DNA of 64,000 nt from an uncultured delta proteobacterium (GCA_963737265.1 CAVTRY010000014.1:192001-256000); one strand, 5' to 3'; positions 11,318 through 24,831 are shown, counted from the stretch's first letter. Numbers and translations are program-made. The notes: generated from the letters alone by a model not told the origin.

Positions 11318-13000
11318 ATGGATACTTCCAGCGCGCTCACCGCGCTCTACCTGGTCATTCTCCTCGCTCTCGCAGTCTACGGATTCCATCGTTCGTCGCT
11401 GGTTTTTCTTTACTACCGCCATCGCGACAAGCAGCCGGTCGAGACGGGCAAGTTCGCCGAGTTGCCCGCCGTCACCATCCAGTTGCCGCTTTTCAACGAG
11501 ATGTACGTGGTCGAGCGCCTACTCGATGCGGTGGTGGCGATAAGCTACCCGCGCGACCGTCTCCAGATTCAGGTTCTCGATGATTCCACCGACGAAACCT
11601 GCGACATCTGCCGCGACAAGATCGCCGAGATCGTGGCGCGCCACCCGGACCTCGACATCGAGTACGTGCACCGCCGCGAGCGCACGGGCTTCAAGGCAGG
11701 CGCGCTGGAAAATGGCTTGCGCACCGCCAAGGGCGAGCTGGTGCTCATCTTCGACGCGGATTTCGTTCCCCACGCCGACATTCTCGAACGCACCGTGCAC
11801 CACTTTCTCGACCCCAAGGTCGCGGTGGTGCAGTGCCGCTGGGAGCACATCAATCGCGATTTCTCGGCGCTGACCGAGGCGCAGGCATTGATGCTCAACG
11901 GCCACTTCATCATGGAGCACGCCGGACGCAACCGGTCGGGCCGCTTCTTCAACTTCAACGGTACCGCCGGCCTGTGGCGACGCGCCGCCATCGTGGATGC
12001 GGGGGGCTGGCACCACGACACGCTGACCGAGGACATGGATCTTTCCTACCGCGCCCAGCTGCGCGGCTGGCGTTTCATCTACTTGCCCAACATCGCGGCG
12101 CCGGCCGAGCTTCCGGTGGAGATGTCCGCCTTCAAGGCGCAGCAGTTCCGCTGGGCCAAGGGATCCATTCAGGTGGCACGCAAGCTCTTGCCGCGCATCC
12201 TCGCCTCCAATGCGACCTTCGCCCAGAAGACCGAAGCCTTCTTTCACCTGACCAACAATTTCGCGTATCCGCTTTTGCTTCTGCTCTCGTTGCTGCTGCT
12301 GCCGAACCTCGTCTTTCGCACCACCCACGGCGTGCGCGAAGTGCTGATGATCGACCTGCCGCTCTTCTTCGGCACCACGCTCAGCATCGCTTCGTTCTAC
12401 CTCGCCTCCGAGCGCGAGGTGGCGCTCCTGAGCGGCGACAAGTCGCATTCGGGTTGGCACATCTTGCGCAAGCTTCCCCTCGTCCTCTCGCTCGGTATCG
12501 GGCTGTGCGTAAACCAAACGCGCGCGGTGCTGGAAGCCGTCTTCGGCCGCGAAACCGAGTTCGTTCGCACCCCGAAGCACGGCATTCGCGGCAAGCTGGA
12601 AAAGTGGTCGGGCAAGAAGTATCGCGCCGCCAAGTCGTTGACCCCGTTCTTCGAGCTGCTGATGGCCGCCTACTTCGTCGTCGCGGTTCACGTCGCCATC
12701 AGCAACGGCCATTTCCTGTCGGTGCCGTTCCTGCTGCTGTTCCTATTCGGCTTCGCCTATGTCGGGGTCGTGTCGGCATGGCAGGGCGGATTCGGCCAGG
12801 CCCTGCGCGGTCTGTGGGAACGCCCCAGCCGGAACGTGGCGTTGCCCATGCTATCCGGGGCGATGGTGGCGGCGATGCCCGACGCTACGCCGGGCCCGGT
12901 TTTGCTTGCGCAGGAGATGCTTTCTTCTCCACTTTCTTCTCCTCGGACGACGGCTCGGGCACGAGGGGGAAGCGATCCCCACGAACACGCCGCTGTTTGA
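11318..13000 (+). CDS. Processive GT2 glycosyltransferase, cellulose-synthase/CslA-like
   Basis: QLPLFNE, QVLDDSTD, GFKAGAL, IFDADF, TLTEDMDL, QQFRW (D,D,D,QxxRW signature); several TM helices. Confidence 0.93.
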   Translation: MDTSSALTALYLVILLALAVYGFHRSSLVFLYYRHRDKQPVETGKFAELPAVTIQLPLFNEMYVVERLLDAVVAISYPRDRLQIQVLDDSTDETCDICRDKIAEIVARHPDLDIEYVHRRERTGFKAGALENGLRTAKGELVLIFDADFVPHADILERTVHHFLDPKVAVVQCRWEHINRDFSALTEAQALMLNGHFIMEHAGRNRSGRFFNFNGTAGLWRRAAIVDAGGWHHDTLTEDMDLSYRAQLRGWRFIYLPNIAAPAELPVEMSAFKAQQFRWAKGSIQVARKLLPRILASNATFAQKTEAFFHLTNNFAYPLLLLLSLLLLPNLVFRTTHGVREVLMIDLPLFFGTTLSIASFYLASEREVALLSGDKSHSGWHILRKLPLVLSLGIGLCVNQTRAVLEAVFGRETEFVRTPKHGIRGKLEKWSGKKYRAAKSLTPFFELLMAAYFVVAVHVAISNGHFLSVPFLLLFLFGFAYVGVVSAWQGGFGQALRGLWERPSRNVALPMLSGAMVAAMPDATPGPVLLAQEMLSSPLSSPRTTARARGGSDPHEHAAV

Positions 13001-13373
13001 TCATCATCCAGCGTCCGCCGCGAAATTCCCAGAGCTGCTGCAGCGTCGCCTGGCGCACGATGGGATCGCTTTTCTTGTACCATTCTAGCTTCACATCCAC
13101 GGTTGCGGCCTGCGAGCCTTGCAGGAACTTAACCGACGTGACTTCGTAGTCCGCCAGCACCAGGTTGTCGTCGACCAGGTTCTTGCGCTCCTGAAACAGG
13201 GCGTTTTCCTCGGGTGTCATCGACTGGCCGAGGATGTCCCAGCGCCCCCAGCGGAAGTCGTCGTTGAACATGCGCGCGTCGCGAAGCAGGTCGTCCTCGC
13301 GCCGTTGCCCCGGGGACATGCAGCCAATCGCGATCGCGGCCTGTAAGAGAAAAAACAGTCCCGTTCTGGTCAC
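12885..13373 (-). CDS. Hypothetical lipoprotein
   Basis: GTG start overlapping the prmC stop; signal peptide with lipobox-like AIAIG-C; globular-looking sequence. Confidence 0.75.
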   Translation of the reverse strand: MTRTGLFFLLQAAIAIGCMSPGQRREDDLLRDARMFNDDFRWGRWDILGQSMTPEENALFQERKNLVDDNLVLADYEVTSVKFLQGSQAATVDVKLEWYKKSDPIVRQATLQQLWEFRGGRWMMIKQRRVRGDRFPLVPEPSSEEKKVEKKASPAQAKPGPA

Positions 13374-14269
13374 TGGCCGGTGCCTCCGTGCGCGTAAGCC
13401 ACCCGTTCGATGCCCGCCAGATCGCGCCGCGTCCCCGCGCCCGCGTATCCGGCGCGGTGAAAAAGCCCGCTGACCTCGGTCGCCTGGCCCGCGCCGATTT
13501 CCATCGCCAGCGCGCCTCCGGGACCGAGCACATGCAGCGTTTCGGCAACCAAGCGGCGCACGAGGTCGAGCCCATCGCCGCCGCCGTCGAGGGCAAGGCG
13601 CGGCTCGCAGCGCACCTCGGCCGGAAGGCCGTCGATGTCGGCGCTGGCAATATAGGGTGGATTGCTCATCACGAGATCGAAGGGAGCAAGGCCCGCAAGC
13701 GGCTGGACGAGGTCGCCCTCGAGAAACGTAATAGCGAGGCCAAGCCGGTCGGCGTTCTCTCGCGCCACGTCTAGCGCGCCGGGGGAAACATCGATGGCGA
13801 AAACCTCGTCGCTCGGCCGTTCCTTCTTTAGCGCAACGGCCAGTGCGCCCGATCCCGTGCCCACATCCGCGATGCGCAGCCCCGCTTCCCGCGCCGGCAT
13901 TGCTTGCAGCAAGGCAAGCGCTTGTTCGACCAGCGTCTCGGTGTCGGGCCGCGGAACCAGCACCCGCCCGTCGACGTGCAAATCGAGGCTCCAGAATTCC
14001 TTGCGGCCAAGGATGTAGGCCACCGGTTCGCCCGCCAGCCGCCGGCGCACGAGCTCGCGATAGCTGGCCAGCTCCGGTTCCGTGAGCGGCCGGTCGAAGT
14101 GCATGTAGAGCTCCACGCGCGAAAGGCCGAATGCCTGTGCCGCCAGCAACTCGGCATCGAGCCGAGCGCTTTCCACGCCGCGCTTTTCGAAGCGACCCAC
14201 GGTCCAGCGCAGGACTTCCAGAATCGTCCAGGTTTGCTGGCGCGCGGGCGGCGATGGAACGGGCAACAC
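13370..14269 (-). CDS. prmC: Release-factor glutamine methyltransferase
   Basis: RRLAGEPVAYILG, VLVPRPDTE, DVGTGSG, SNPPY, EPRLALDGG. Confidence 0.96.
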   Translation of the reverse strand: MLPVPSPPARQQTWTILEVLRWTVGRFEKRGVESARLDAELLAAQAFGLSRVELYMHFDRPLTEPELASYRELVRRRLAGEPVAYILGRKEFWSLDLHVDGRVLVPRPDTETLVEQALALLQAMPAREAGLRIADVGTGSGALAVALKKERPSDEVFAIDVSPGALDVARENADRLGLAITFLEGDLVQPLAGLAPFDLVMSNPPYIASADIDGLPAEVRCEPRLALDGGGDGLDLVRRLVAETLHVLGPGGALAMEIGAGQATEVSGLFHRAGYAGAGTRRDLAGIERVAYAHGGTGQ

Positions 14270-14331
14270 CGGTTGATTGTGCCGGAAGGATCCCCGGATA
14301 GCGAGATCCGCGCGTTTGCGCGCCGGGGCGA

Positions 14332-14721
14332 CTACTTTGCCGGCTTGGCCTTGGCCTTCGCCGAAGCCTTCGACTTCTTGGCCGCGCCCTTCTTCACTTT
14401 GCGCTCCGTCGCTTGCGCAAGGTCGACCAGGCGGGCGTCCGAGTAAGCAGTGAGGCGCTCGACGAAGGTCTTGTCCTTGGCGCGGTTCAGGGCCGTGACG
14501 ACCTGGGTCACCAGCGCCTCGCGCGAGCCGTACTTATCCTTGACCGTGGCCGCGACCTGGTGGAGGTGCAGCAGCTTGCCGTTGGCAGCGGTGGAGAGGC
14601 GCTTGCGCAGATCATCCTTCGATTCGTCGCCGCGATCGAGAAGGCCGACCAGCTTGTCCACCAGCTTGTCCTTGGCGCCGAAGGTTTCGTTTACGAGTGC
14701 GAGGGGTGATTTCTGCGACAT
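14332..14721 (-). CDS. Small basic hypothetical protein with Lys/Ala-rich tail
   Basis: Good GC3 codon usage, GGAG RBS; C-terminus KVKKGAAKKSKASAKAKAKPAK. Confidence 0.8.
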   Translation of the reverse strand: MSQKSPLALVNETFGAKDKLVDKLVGLLDRGDESKDDLRKRLSTAANGKLLHLHQVAATVKDKYGSREALVTQVVTALNRAKDKTFVERLTAYSDARLVDLAQATERKVKKGAAKKSKASAKAKAKPAK

Positions 14722-14756
14722 GGTGGGTCTCCGTCTTGTGCTGGGGAGGGCGCTTC

Positions 14757-16050
14757 TTACCTTAAATCGTGCCCAGCCGCCAGTGTCTCTTCGACGGCGG
14801 CCACAAATGAATCGATTTCAACATCAGTATGCGCCATGGAAACGAAGGCGGCTTCCAGATGAGCGGGCGGAAGGTAGAAGCCGCGCCCCAGCATTCCGTG
14901 GAAGAAGTCCGCGTAATGCTTGGGATCTGCGAGCTTCGCCGAGGCGAAATCCGTCACTGGCCCAGCGCAGAAGAAGATGGTGAAGGCGGAGCCGACGCGC
15001 TGAATGCACGCGGTGACACCGGACTTGACAAACGCGTTATTGACTCCGGATTCCAACCGCGCTGCAAGGACTTCCAGGCGTGCATAGCCTTCCGCGGTTA
15101 GCTGCTTCAGCATGGCCAGCCCCGCCGCCATGGCGAGAGGATTTCCCGAAAGTGTTCCGGCTTGGTACACGGGTCCGTCAGGCGCGACCACCTTCATGAT
15201 GTCGGCCCGGCCGCCGTACACGCCAAGCGGCAAACCGCCGCCCACGATCTTTCCCAGGCACGTCATGTCCGGCCGCACGGCGAACAAACCCTGCGCCCCG
15301 CCGCGGCCCACGCGGAACCCGCTAATGACCTCGTCGAAGATCAGCAGCGCGCCTTCGTCGTCGCACAGCCGGCGCAAGGCTTGGAGGTAACCCGGCTTGG
15401 GCGGCACGAGCCCCATGTTTCCCGGAATGGGCTCGATGATGATGGCCGCCACCTGGCCCTTGTGGCTGGCGAAGGCCGCGCGCATGGCGTCTTCGTCGTT
15501 GAAGGGAACGATGATGGTGTCGGCCACGGCCGCGGCGGTCACGCCTGCCGAGCCGGGAATACCAAGGGTCGCGGCGCCCGATCCGGCGGCGGCCAGTAAC
15601 ATGTCGGCGTGGCCGTGGTAGCCGCCGTCGATCTTGATCAGCTTGCTTCGTCCGGTGAATCCGCGCGCCACCCGCAGCGCAGACATGGTTGCCTCGGTCC
15701 CCGACGAGACGAAGCGCATGCGCGCCAGCGACGGAAATGCGGCGCGGATCGCCTCGCCAAGCTCGAACCTCGCGCTCGGTGGACGCGCCGAAGGTCGTTC
15801 CGCCCGCGGCAGCTTCGGCAATGGCCGCCACCACCTCGCGGTTGGCGTGTCCAAGGACGAGCGGCCCCCACGAACCGAGAAAGTCGGCGTAGCGATTGCC
15901 GTCCGCATCCCAGACGTAGGCGCCTTCGCCACGCGCCAGGAAGACCGGCGTGCCGCCCACGGCCTTGAAGGCGCGCACCGGAGAGTTCACGCCGCCGGGG
16001 AAGAGTTTGCTGGCCTGCTCGAAGAGCTGCCGAGATTTCGCATCGTTCAT
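14757..16050 (-). CDS. hemL: Glutamate-1-semialdehyde 2,1-aminomutase (one +1 indel at about 15766, probably a sequencing error)
   Basis: N-part [12 protein letters not shown]...SWGPLVLGH; C-part [46 protein letters not shown]. Deleting one A at 15766/7 gives EREVELGEAIR. Confidence 0.95.
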
Positions 16051-16069
16051 TGGTCAATCCGGATTTTTC

Positions 16070-16182
16070 ACCACCGAGAGCGCAGAGGTCGCAGAGGCCG
16101 GAGAAGAAGGGTTCCGGATCTTGAATCCGAGTTCCTCCCATCCGAGCCTCTTCCGTCTCCGTGCCCTCTGTGTTCTCTGTGG

Positions 16183-16183
<1 letters not shown>
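16070..16183. repeat. Intergenic palindrome with 9-nt-periodic (CACAGAG-type) arms between gyrA and hemL
   Basis: Left arm ACCACCGAGAGCGCAGAGGTCGCAGAG (16070-16096); reverse complement of the right arm (16157-16183) ACCACAGAGAACACAGAGGGCACGGAG; 21/27 identical. Confidence 0.75.
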
Positions 16184-18873
<2,690 letters not shown>

Positions 18874-19273
18874 GCGGTGGCGCGAAAACTATCAAGGAGC
18901 GCGGTTCAAGTCACGGCTTCCCGCCATGGCGCGGGCTTCGGGCGCCCTTGCTCTCGCTTGTTTGTCGCTTGTCTGTCGCTAGGGATACCCGGACATCCGT
19001 GAGCAGCGGAATTGTTTTCGCGACAGTAATTGTGTTCTTGGCAACATTTGCGACAACCGCTTCCGGGTTCTGCACGCAAATTCTGCGCCAGGTCAACTGA
19101 CGTCTGCCGAGCGAACCTACATTTCCGCCCAAAATCCGGGTCAACACTCGTAAGAAAGCGCACTTTAACGTTTTTTTTCTTGCGGTTTCGGGGACCGGCC
19201 ACAAAATGTTCCGGCTGCTGCAATGCGCTCGCATTGCGGAACAAGAAAAATGGGTTTCGACGGAGGCTATTCC

Positions 19274-22200
19274 ATGACGTGTTCTAAGAACTTCGGACGG
19301 TTGCTCCAGGTCGGTTGCCTGGGGCTCATAGGTACGCTGGCTGCGGCCGGCTGCGGAGGGAGCGAAAGTCCCTCCACCAAGACGGATGGTGCCGTCGGTC
19401 TTGACGGCGGCGGTGGGACCGCCGGCACGGCGGCCCTGAAGGTCGACAAGCCAGTCGTAGACATCGGATCGGTTGACCTGGGCCAGAGCGGGACGGCCAC
19501 GGTTGTCGTGACGAACATCGGTACCGCCCCCTCGGGCACGCTCAGTATCGCCGCTGGCGCGGGCGTGACCACCACCGGCTGCACCGGCACTCTTGCCGTG
19601 AGCGCCAACTGCTCATTGATCATCACCGCAACGCCGACCGCAATCGGCTCGTTCAACAGCTCTGTCTCCATCTCGGCCAATCCAGGCGCCGTAACGCCGC
19701 TCCAGATTTCGGTCACCGGTTCGGCGGTTCAGGGCGGTGTCTTCACCGTCACGCCTGCCTCCATCAGTCTTGGTAACGTCCTGGTCGGCGCTGCTGTTGC
19801 CAAGCAAACCCTGAGCATTACTGCCGGCGTGGCCCTAACGGATCTGGCAATTGGCCTCAACGGCGCAGATATCACCAAAGACGCGACGAGCACCTGCACG
19901 GCGAATCTTGGCACGACCACTCCTTGCACCGTGGTGATCGACCTCGCCTACACGTCGGGTGGCGCGAAAACCGACAGCGTCGTCATCAGCGCTGGTGGCG
20001 CGAATGGTGTGACCAAGACGGTGGTCATCACCGCAGTGGCGCAGAATCCCGCCAAGCTCGTGGTCAGCCCCAGCACGCCGCAATCTCTCGCGACCTCGGT
20101 GGGCTCGCCGAGCTCGCCCGTTGTCTTCGGCGTCAGCAACTCGGGCGACCTCGCGACCGGCGCCCTCAAGGTCTCCTTCACTGGTGCCAATGCCGCGGAT
20201 TTCTCCGCGACGTCGAGCGCTGGTTGCACCTTGATTGCTCCTCTTGGGACATCTTGCAGCATCTCCGTGGTCTTTTCCCCGGCAACGGCGAGCACCACGG
20301 CTGAGACCGCGACGTTCGTCGTGACCGACACCGGCACCGGCGCATCCACCGTATCCGTTCCGCTCTCCGGCACGGCCTACGGACCGAGTGTCCTCGCGAT
20401 TACGCCGGCAGCGTCGGATCTCGGCACTGTGCTAGTTGGCGCAACTGGCGTAGTCACCACCTTCACGGTAACCAACAGCGGCGCGACGGCGTCCGGTGCA
20501 TTGACCGTGAATATCACTGGCGATCCGGCGGAGGTTCTCAAGGCTACGGATACGTGCACAGGAGCGTCTCTGGCCGCAGCAGGAACCTGCACGGTCGGCC
20601 TCCAGCTAAAGCCCACAACCGTCGGCGCAAAGAGCGCGATCCTTACGGTTGGCGCAACTGGTGGCAACCCGGCGGTCAAGACCGTCACCGGCACCGCAAT
20701 CTCCAGCGCAACCCTCACGGCCTCGCCGGTTGCGCTCGATTTCGGCACCGTGCGCGTGAACAACGTGGGCACTGCCCAGACAGTTACCGTCACCAACAAG
20801 GGTGGCATCGCGACCGGCGTCCTCACCTTCACCAAGACCGGCGACTTCGGTATGTTCCCGATCGCGGCCAACACCTGCTCGGCAGCCTTGGCCCCGGCCT
20901 CGACCTGCACCTTCACGGTGAACTACGCACCGACGGTCGGAGCGGTCAGTAACGCCGCTACCTACACGGTAACCGACGGTGTAGCCGGAGCCACGGTCTC
21001 TCTGTCTGGTGTTGCCGGCTCACCTTCGACCATCTCCATCGACCCGACGGTTGTCAAGTCCTGCGTGCGCCCAGCCAACGGGCCAGGCGCAGCTGCTGCC
21101 ACCATCTGCTTCAACGACACCGTCATTGGCGGAGCCAGCTCGGCGCAAGCCACCTTCACGGTGACTGCTGACACCACTCTTCCGGCTGGAACCTCCGACA
21201 CCGGCGCGATTGCGGCGAAGCTCATCGGTGCCAACGCCGCTGATTTCGCAGTCGTGACCAACGGCTGCAAGACGGCACTCTTGGCAGGCTCCTCCTGCCA
21301 GATCACGGTGTCCTTCTCCCCGGCGGCGGTTGGCCTTAGTCAGGCCGGCCTGAGCGTGACCACCGCCAATGGCGGCTCCGCCACATCATCCTTCCAGGTC
21401 AACGGCCTCGCGGTGATCCAGATCGTTGCTGGAAACCTTGTCGACACGCCTCCTACCGCCGTCGTGACGGCGCCCAAGGCCGCTGACCTCGACTTCGGCC
21501 AGGTCCCGAACCTCACGGATGGCACGCGTCCGAACAAGTTCTTCACCATCATCGTGCGCGGGCCAACTGCAGCCGCTACACCCTTCCCGACCACGACCAT
21601 CACCGCGACCTTGACCAATCCTGGGACACCTTCGGACTTCGACTATGTCCCAGGTGGCCAGACGACCAACAACCCGTGCATGGGCGCGATCCTCACGCCA
21701 TCCACCCCGGGAACCGTTGGCAACTGGCAGCCGCTCGCCAGCGAGTACGGGATAATGTGCATCTTCGAGGTCGAGTTCTTCCCACAGACTGGAAAGGGCG
21801 CCAAGACGGCGACAATCTCGGCCACGGGTACCGGCGGCGGTTCGGATACCCAAACGCTGACCGGCACTGCGACCGGGCCGTTGACTCTCAGTCCGTCTAC
21901 GACGGCTTTCGCGGATACTTCGGTTGGCACATCCACCAACGATCCCGAAGTTGACGCGGACCTCACGTTCACGCTGACGAACAACGGCCAGTCGACGCAA
22001 GGCCCCTTCACGACGTTGCTCGGTGGGACCGATGCCGGTCAATTCCACATCGTCTCCGAAACGTGCAGCACGTCAAATTCTGGGAGCGCCACCACAATCG
22101 GTACCCTGACTCAGGGGCAGGCCTGCCAAGTCGGCGTTGCGTTCACGCCGACCACCATCGGTGCCAAGAACGGATCTCTGACGGTCACGGCGGCTAGCGG

Positions 22201-24793
22201 CGAAACCGCGACTGCTACCTTCACGGGGAACGGAACCACCGGCGTTTCCATCAGCGTCACCCCCGTCACGCAGGACTTCGGCACGATCATCGAGACCCAG
22301 GCCAGTACGTGGCAGACGATCACCGTGAGCAACCCAGCCGGCGCCCCAACCACCGGCCAGATTACGTACTCGATCGTGTCGACGGCGGGCACTAGCCACG
22401 TGGCCGCATTCACGACGGCGACCGCCAATAGTCCGGCCATCGGCACCTGTGGCCTCTCGGGTACCGTCAGTCTCGCGGCTACCAAGAGTTGCACTATTCT
22501 TGTGCAATTCAACCCGGCGAGCACTGACGCCCCCGGGGCAATCATCGGAACCGGCGACAAGACGGTTCTTCGTGTCGACTCAGGCTCGACCACCGGATCT
22601 CAGGATGTCCCCCTGACCGGAACGGTAGCCAGCATGCTGACTGTCTCTCCAGCGACGCTCAACTTCGGAAACGTAGTAGTCAATGGGGTTAGCGCGGCGC
22701 AATCGTTGAGGGTTAATAACCTCGGGGCCGCAGCCGCAACGCTGAGCTTCGCCAATGTCGGCGCATTCTCGTCGGTGACGGGCACCACGTGCGTGACGAC
22801 GGCTGGCGGCTTGGCCGCTGGCGCATCGTGCGTGGTCGCACTGCAAATGGGCGGTTCTACCACCGTGGGCACGGCGGTTAGCCAGGCCTACAACGTCACC
22901 TACAGTGGGGCGATTGCGACCGCAACACTCACCGGAACCACTGTGAGCGCGGCAAATCTCGTCGCTGTCGGCGTGAATCAAACCACGCCGGGAACGATTG
23001 ACCTCGGCGGCGTCCGCGTTGGATCCACCTCGGGATCTGTGGTGCTCACCTTCCAGAACACCGGTGGCCAGGCGACCACGCCAGTCCAATTTATGTGGGA
23101 CACCACCGCCCCAGGCACTGCGGATCCAGAGTTCCTGCTCGGTGGCGAGACGGGAACCTGCATCGGCAGCTTGGTTCAGCCCGCCAAGACCTGCACCGTG
23201 ACCATCAACTTCAAGCCTGGGGCGACGCTTGGGCTTCGTGGGCCGAAGCTGCTCACCCTCTCGGCTGCCGCTGGTGGCTCGGTCGCACTGTTCAACCTCC
23301 AAGGTACCTCGCTCAGCGCGACGGCAAGCGCTTGGACCACCACCGCGGTGGGCACTATTAACGGGTTCTCGGCTTTGACCGGCACGACACCCACAGGCGG
23401 AACCACCACTCAGGAGCTGCTCTTCACGAATGGATCCGGTGCAAACCTGACGGATTCGGCCGTGGCGATCGCAGGAGGAAACACCTTCAATTCGGAGTTC
23501 ACCGTCGATCTGTCGGACGGTGGCGCTGCAACGAAGTGTGCGGACACCTCTGCGGCAACGACCATCACCCTCGCCAATGGACAAAGCTGCACGATGCTCG
23601 TGTCGTTCAAGCCGGTGGCGGTCTATTCGACGACCAATTTCTACCGCTGGGCTTCCGTCACGATCGCCGGGGCAACCCAAACTGTGTTCGGCACGGTCCA
23701 GTCGCCTGCCAGCTTGACCGCAGCTCCCGCTCCAGTCTCGCCGGCAACGAGCGTGTCGCTCGGCGAGGTGGCCCTCAATTCGACTAAGGCCCTTGCGTTC
23801 GTCGTAACGAACGGTGGTCAAACGGCGACGCAGACGCTGGCGGTTACGTCAAGCGATCCTGCGTACACCGTCGATACTGGCTGCAACGTTGCGCTCGCAG
23901 CAGGGCAGACTTGTACGGTGAACGTCACGGTTCACAGTGGCGGAACCCTGGGGCCAATCCCTGCCGGTGGCCCCGCCACCATCTCCCTGGACGACACCGG
24001 TGCAACGCCCACGGCTGGCACTACCACGGCTACCTTCGACGTAACTGCCACTGGCGTGATTAACGCTGCGCTCAGCCTTCCAGTTGGGCCGGTAACCTTT
24101 GGTACGGTCATTGTTGGAAATAGCACTACGACTGCACCTACCGCCATCACCGTGACGAACGTCGCTCATGGGCAAACGACCGGACCGCTGGCCGTGACGC
24201 TCGATGATGCGGTGAACTTCACCATTACCAACAACTACTGCAAGGACGTCAACGGTGTTGCACTGACCCTTGATGGCAACGGAAACTCCGTTGCTGCGAT
24301 CCCTGCCACATCGACCACGCCAAGCGCTCCTCAGCGAACCAGCAGTACTTGCGAGGTATGGGTGGCGTACAAGCCACAAACCGTCCCGGCCACGGGCGGC
24401 GCAACGGCGCACCTGAGCGTTGCCGGAACGCCAGGTGGAACAGCGACGGTGACCCTGACCGGCACCCCGCAATCCGCGCTGACCTTCGCGTTGGCCGGCA
24501 GTCCACAAACACCGGCGGTAACCGGGACGTCGTTCACGGTGAACATGGCTGACACCACGGCGGGCAAGGCCACAGCGCTTCTCCTGCCGGCCAGCCTTAG
24601 CGGCACCGGGGCAGCTCTCTTCGAGGTTGTCAACGACGGATGCTACGGCGCCTCTTTGCCGGCGGATGGAACGGGCACTTGCACCGTGACCGTTCAGTAC
24701 ATCGGCGGAACAGCGACCGGAACGGCAATGTTGACCGTGTCGGATGGATCGACCGGAAACGGGAATACCGCGACGCTCACTCTGAGCCACTAG
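19274..24793 (+). CDS. Giant Thr/Gly/Ala-rich surface lipoprotein of tandem Ig-like (choice-of-anchor D / ASH-Cep192-like) domains; S-layer/adhesin candidate
   Basis: GGAGG RBS before ATG 19274; lipobox LAAAG-C; more than 12 repeats of about 100-120 aa with DFGxV...TVTNxG..TG.L...CxxxLxxxxxCxxxVxFxP...LTGT; very few charged residues. Confidence 0.9.
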   Translation: MTCSKNFGRLLQVGCLGLIGTLAAAGCGGSESPSTKTDGAVGLDGGGGTAGTAALKVDKPVVDIGSVDLGQSGTATVVVTNIGTAPSGTLSIAAGAGVTTTGCTGTLAVSANCSLIITATPTAIGSFNSSVSISANPGAVTPLQISVTGSAVQGGVFTVTPASISLGNVLVGAAVAKQTLSITAGVALTDLAIGLNGADITKDATSTCTANLGTTTPCTVVIDLAYTSGGAKTDSVVISAGGANGVTKTVVITAVAQNPAKLVVSPSTPQSLATSVGSPSSPVVFGVSNSGDLATGALKVSFTGANAADFSATSSAGCTLIAPLGTSCSISVVFSPATASTTAETATFVVTDTGTGASTVSVPLSGTAYGPSVLAITPAASDLGTVLVGATGVVTTFTVTNSGATASGALTVNITGDPAEVLKATDTCTGASLAAAGTCTVGLQLKPTTVGAKSAILTVGATGGNPAVKTVTGTAISSATLTASPVALDFGTVRVNNVGTAQTVTVTNKGGIATGVLTFTKTGDFGMFPIAANTCSAALAPASTCTFTVNYAPTVGAVSNAATYTVTDGVAGATVSLSGVAGSPSTISIDPTVVKSCVRPANGPGAAAATICFNDTVIGGASSAQATFTVTADTTLPAGTSDTGAIAAKLIGANAADFAVVTNGCKTALLAGSSCQITVSFSPAAVGLSQAGLSVTTANGGSATSSFQVNGLAVIQIVAGNLVDTPPTAVVTAPKAADLDFGQVPNLTDGTRPNKFFTIIVRGPTAAATPFPTTTITATLTNPGTPSDFDYVPGGQTTNNPCMGAILTPSTPGTVGNWQPLASEYGIMCIFEVEFFPQTGKGAKTATISATGTGGGSDTQTLTGTATGPLTLSPSTTAFADTSVGTSTNDPEVDADLTFTLTNNGQSTQGPFTTLLGGTDAGQFHIVSETCSTSNSGSATTIGTLTQGQACQVGVAFTPTTIGAKNGSLTVTAASGETATATFTGNGTTGVSISVTPVTQDFGTIIETQASTWQTITVSNPAGAPTTGQITYSIVSTAGTSHVAAFTTATANSPAIGTCGLSGTVSLAATKSCTILVQFNPASTDAPGAIIGTGDKTVLRVDSGSTTGSQDVPLTGTVASMLTVSPATLNFGNVVVNGVSAAQSLRVNNLGAAAATLSFANVGAFSSVTGTTCVTTAGGLAAGASCVVALQMGGSTTVGTAVSQAYNVTYSGAIATATLTGTTVSAANLVAVGVNQTTPGTIDLGGVRVGSTSGSVVLTFQNTGGQATTPVQFMWDTTAPGTADPEFLLGGETGTCIGSLVQPAKTCTVTINFKPGATLGLRGPKLLTLSAAAGGSVALFNLQGTSLSATASAWTTTAVGTINGFSALTGTTPTGGTTTQELLFTNGSGANLTDSAVAIAGGNTFNSEFTVDLSDGGAATKCADTSAATTITLANGQSCTMLVSFKPVAVYSTTNFYRWASVTIAGATQTVFGTVQSPASLTAAPAPVSPATSVSLGEVALNSTKALAFVVTNGGQTATQTLAVTSSDPAYTVDTGCNVALAAGQTCTVNVTVHSGGTLGPIPAGGPATISLDDTGATPTAGTTTATFDVTATGVINAALSLPVGPVTFGTVIVGNSTTTAPTAITVTNVAHGQTTGPLAVTLDDAVNFTITNNYCKDVNGVALTLDGNGNSVAAIPATSTTPSAPQRTSSTCEVWVAYKPQTVPATGGATAHLSVAGTPGGTATVTLTGTPQSALTFALAGSPQTPAVTGTSFTVNMADTTAGKATALLLPASLSGTGAALFEVVNDGCYGASLPADGTGTCTVTVQYIGGTATGTAMLTVSDGSTGNGNTATLTLSH

Positions 24794-24831
24794 TCGACGA
24801 AACCCTGCCGTGACTGGCAGGTAAGAAGATG

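Noticed and set aside
14757-16050. hemL, hemW and dnaJ as pseudogenes or programmed frameshifts
   Set aside because: Each has a single +1 indel at the same DNA motif, in both orientations relative to translation, with otherwise intact sequence; an artefact is far more likely.
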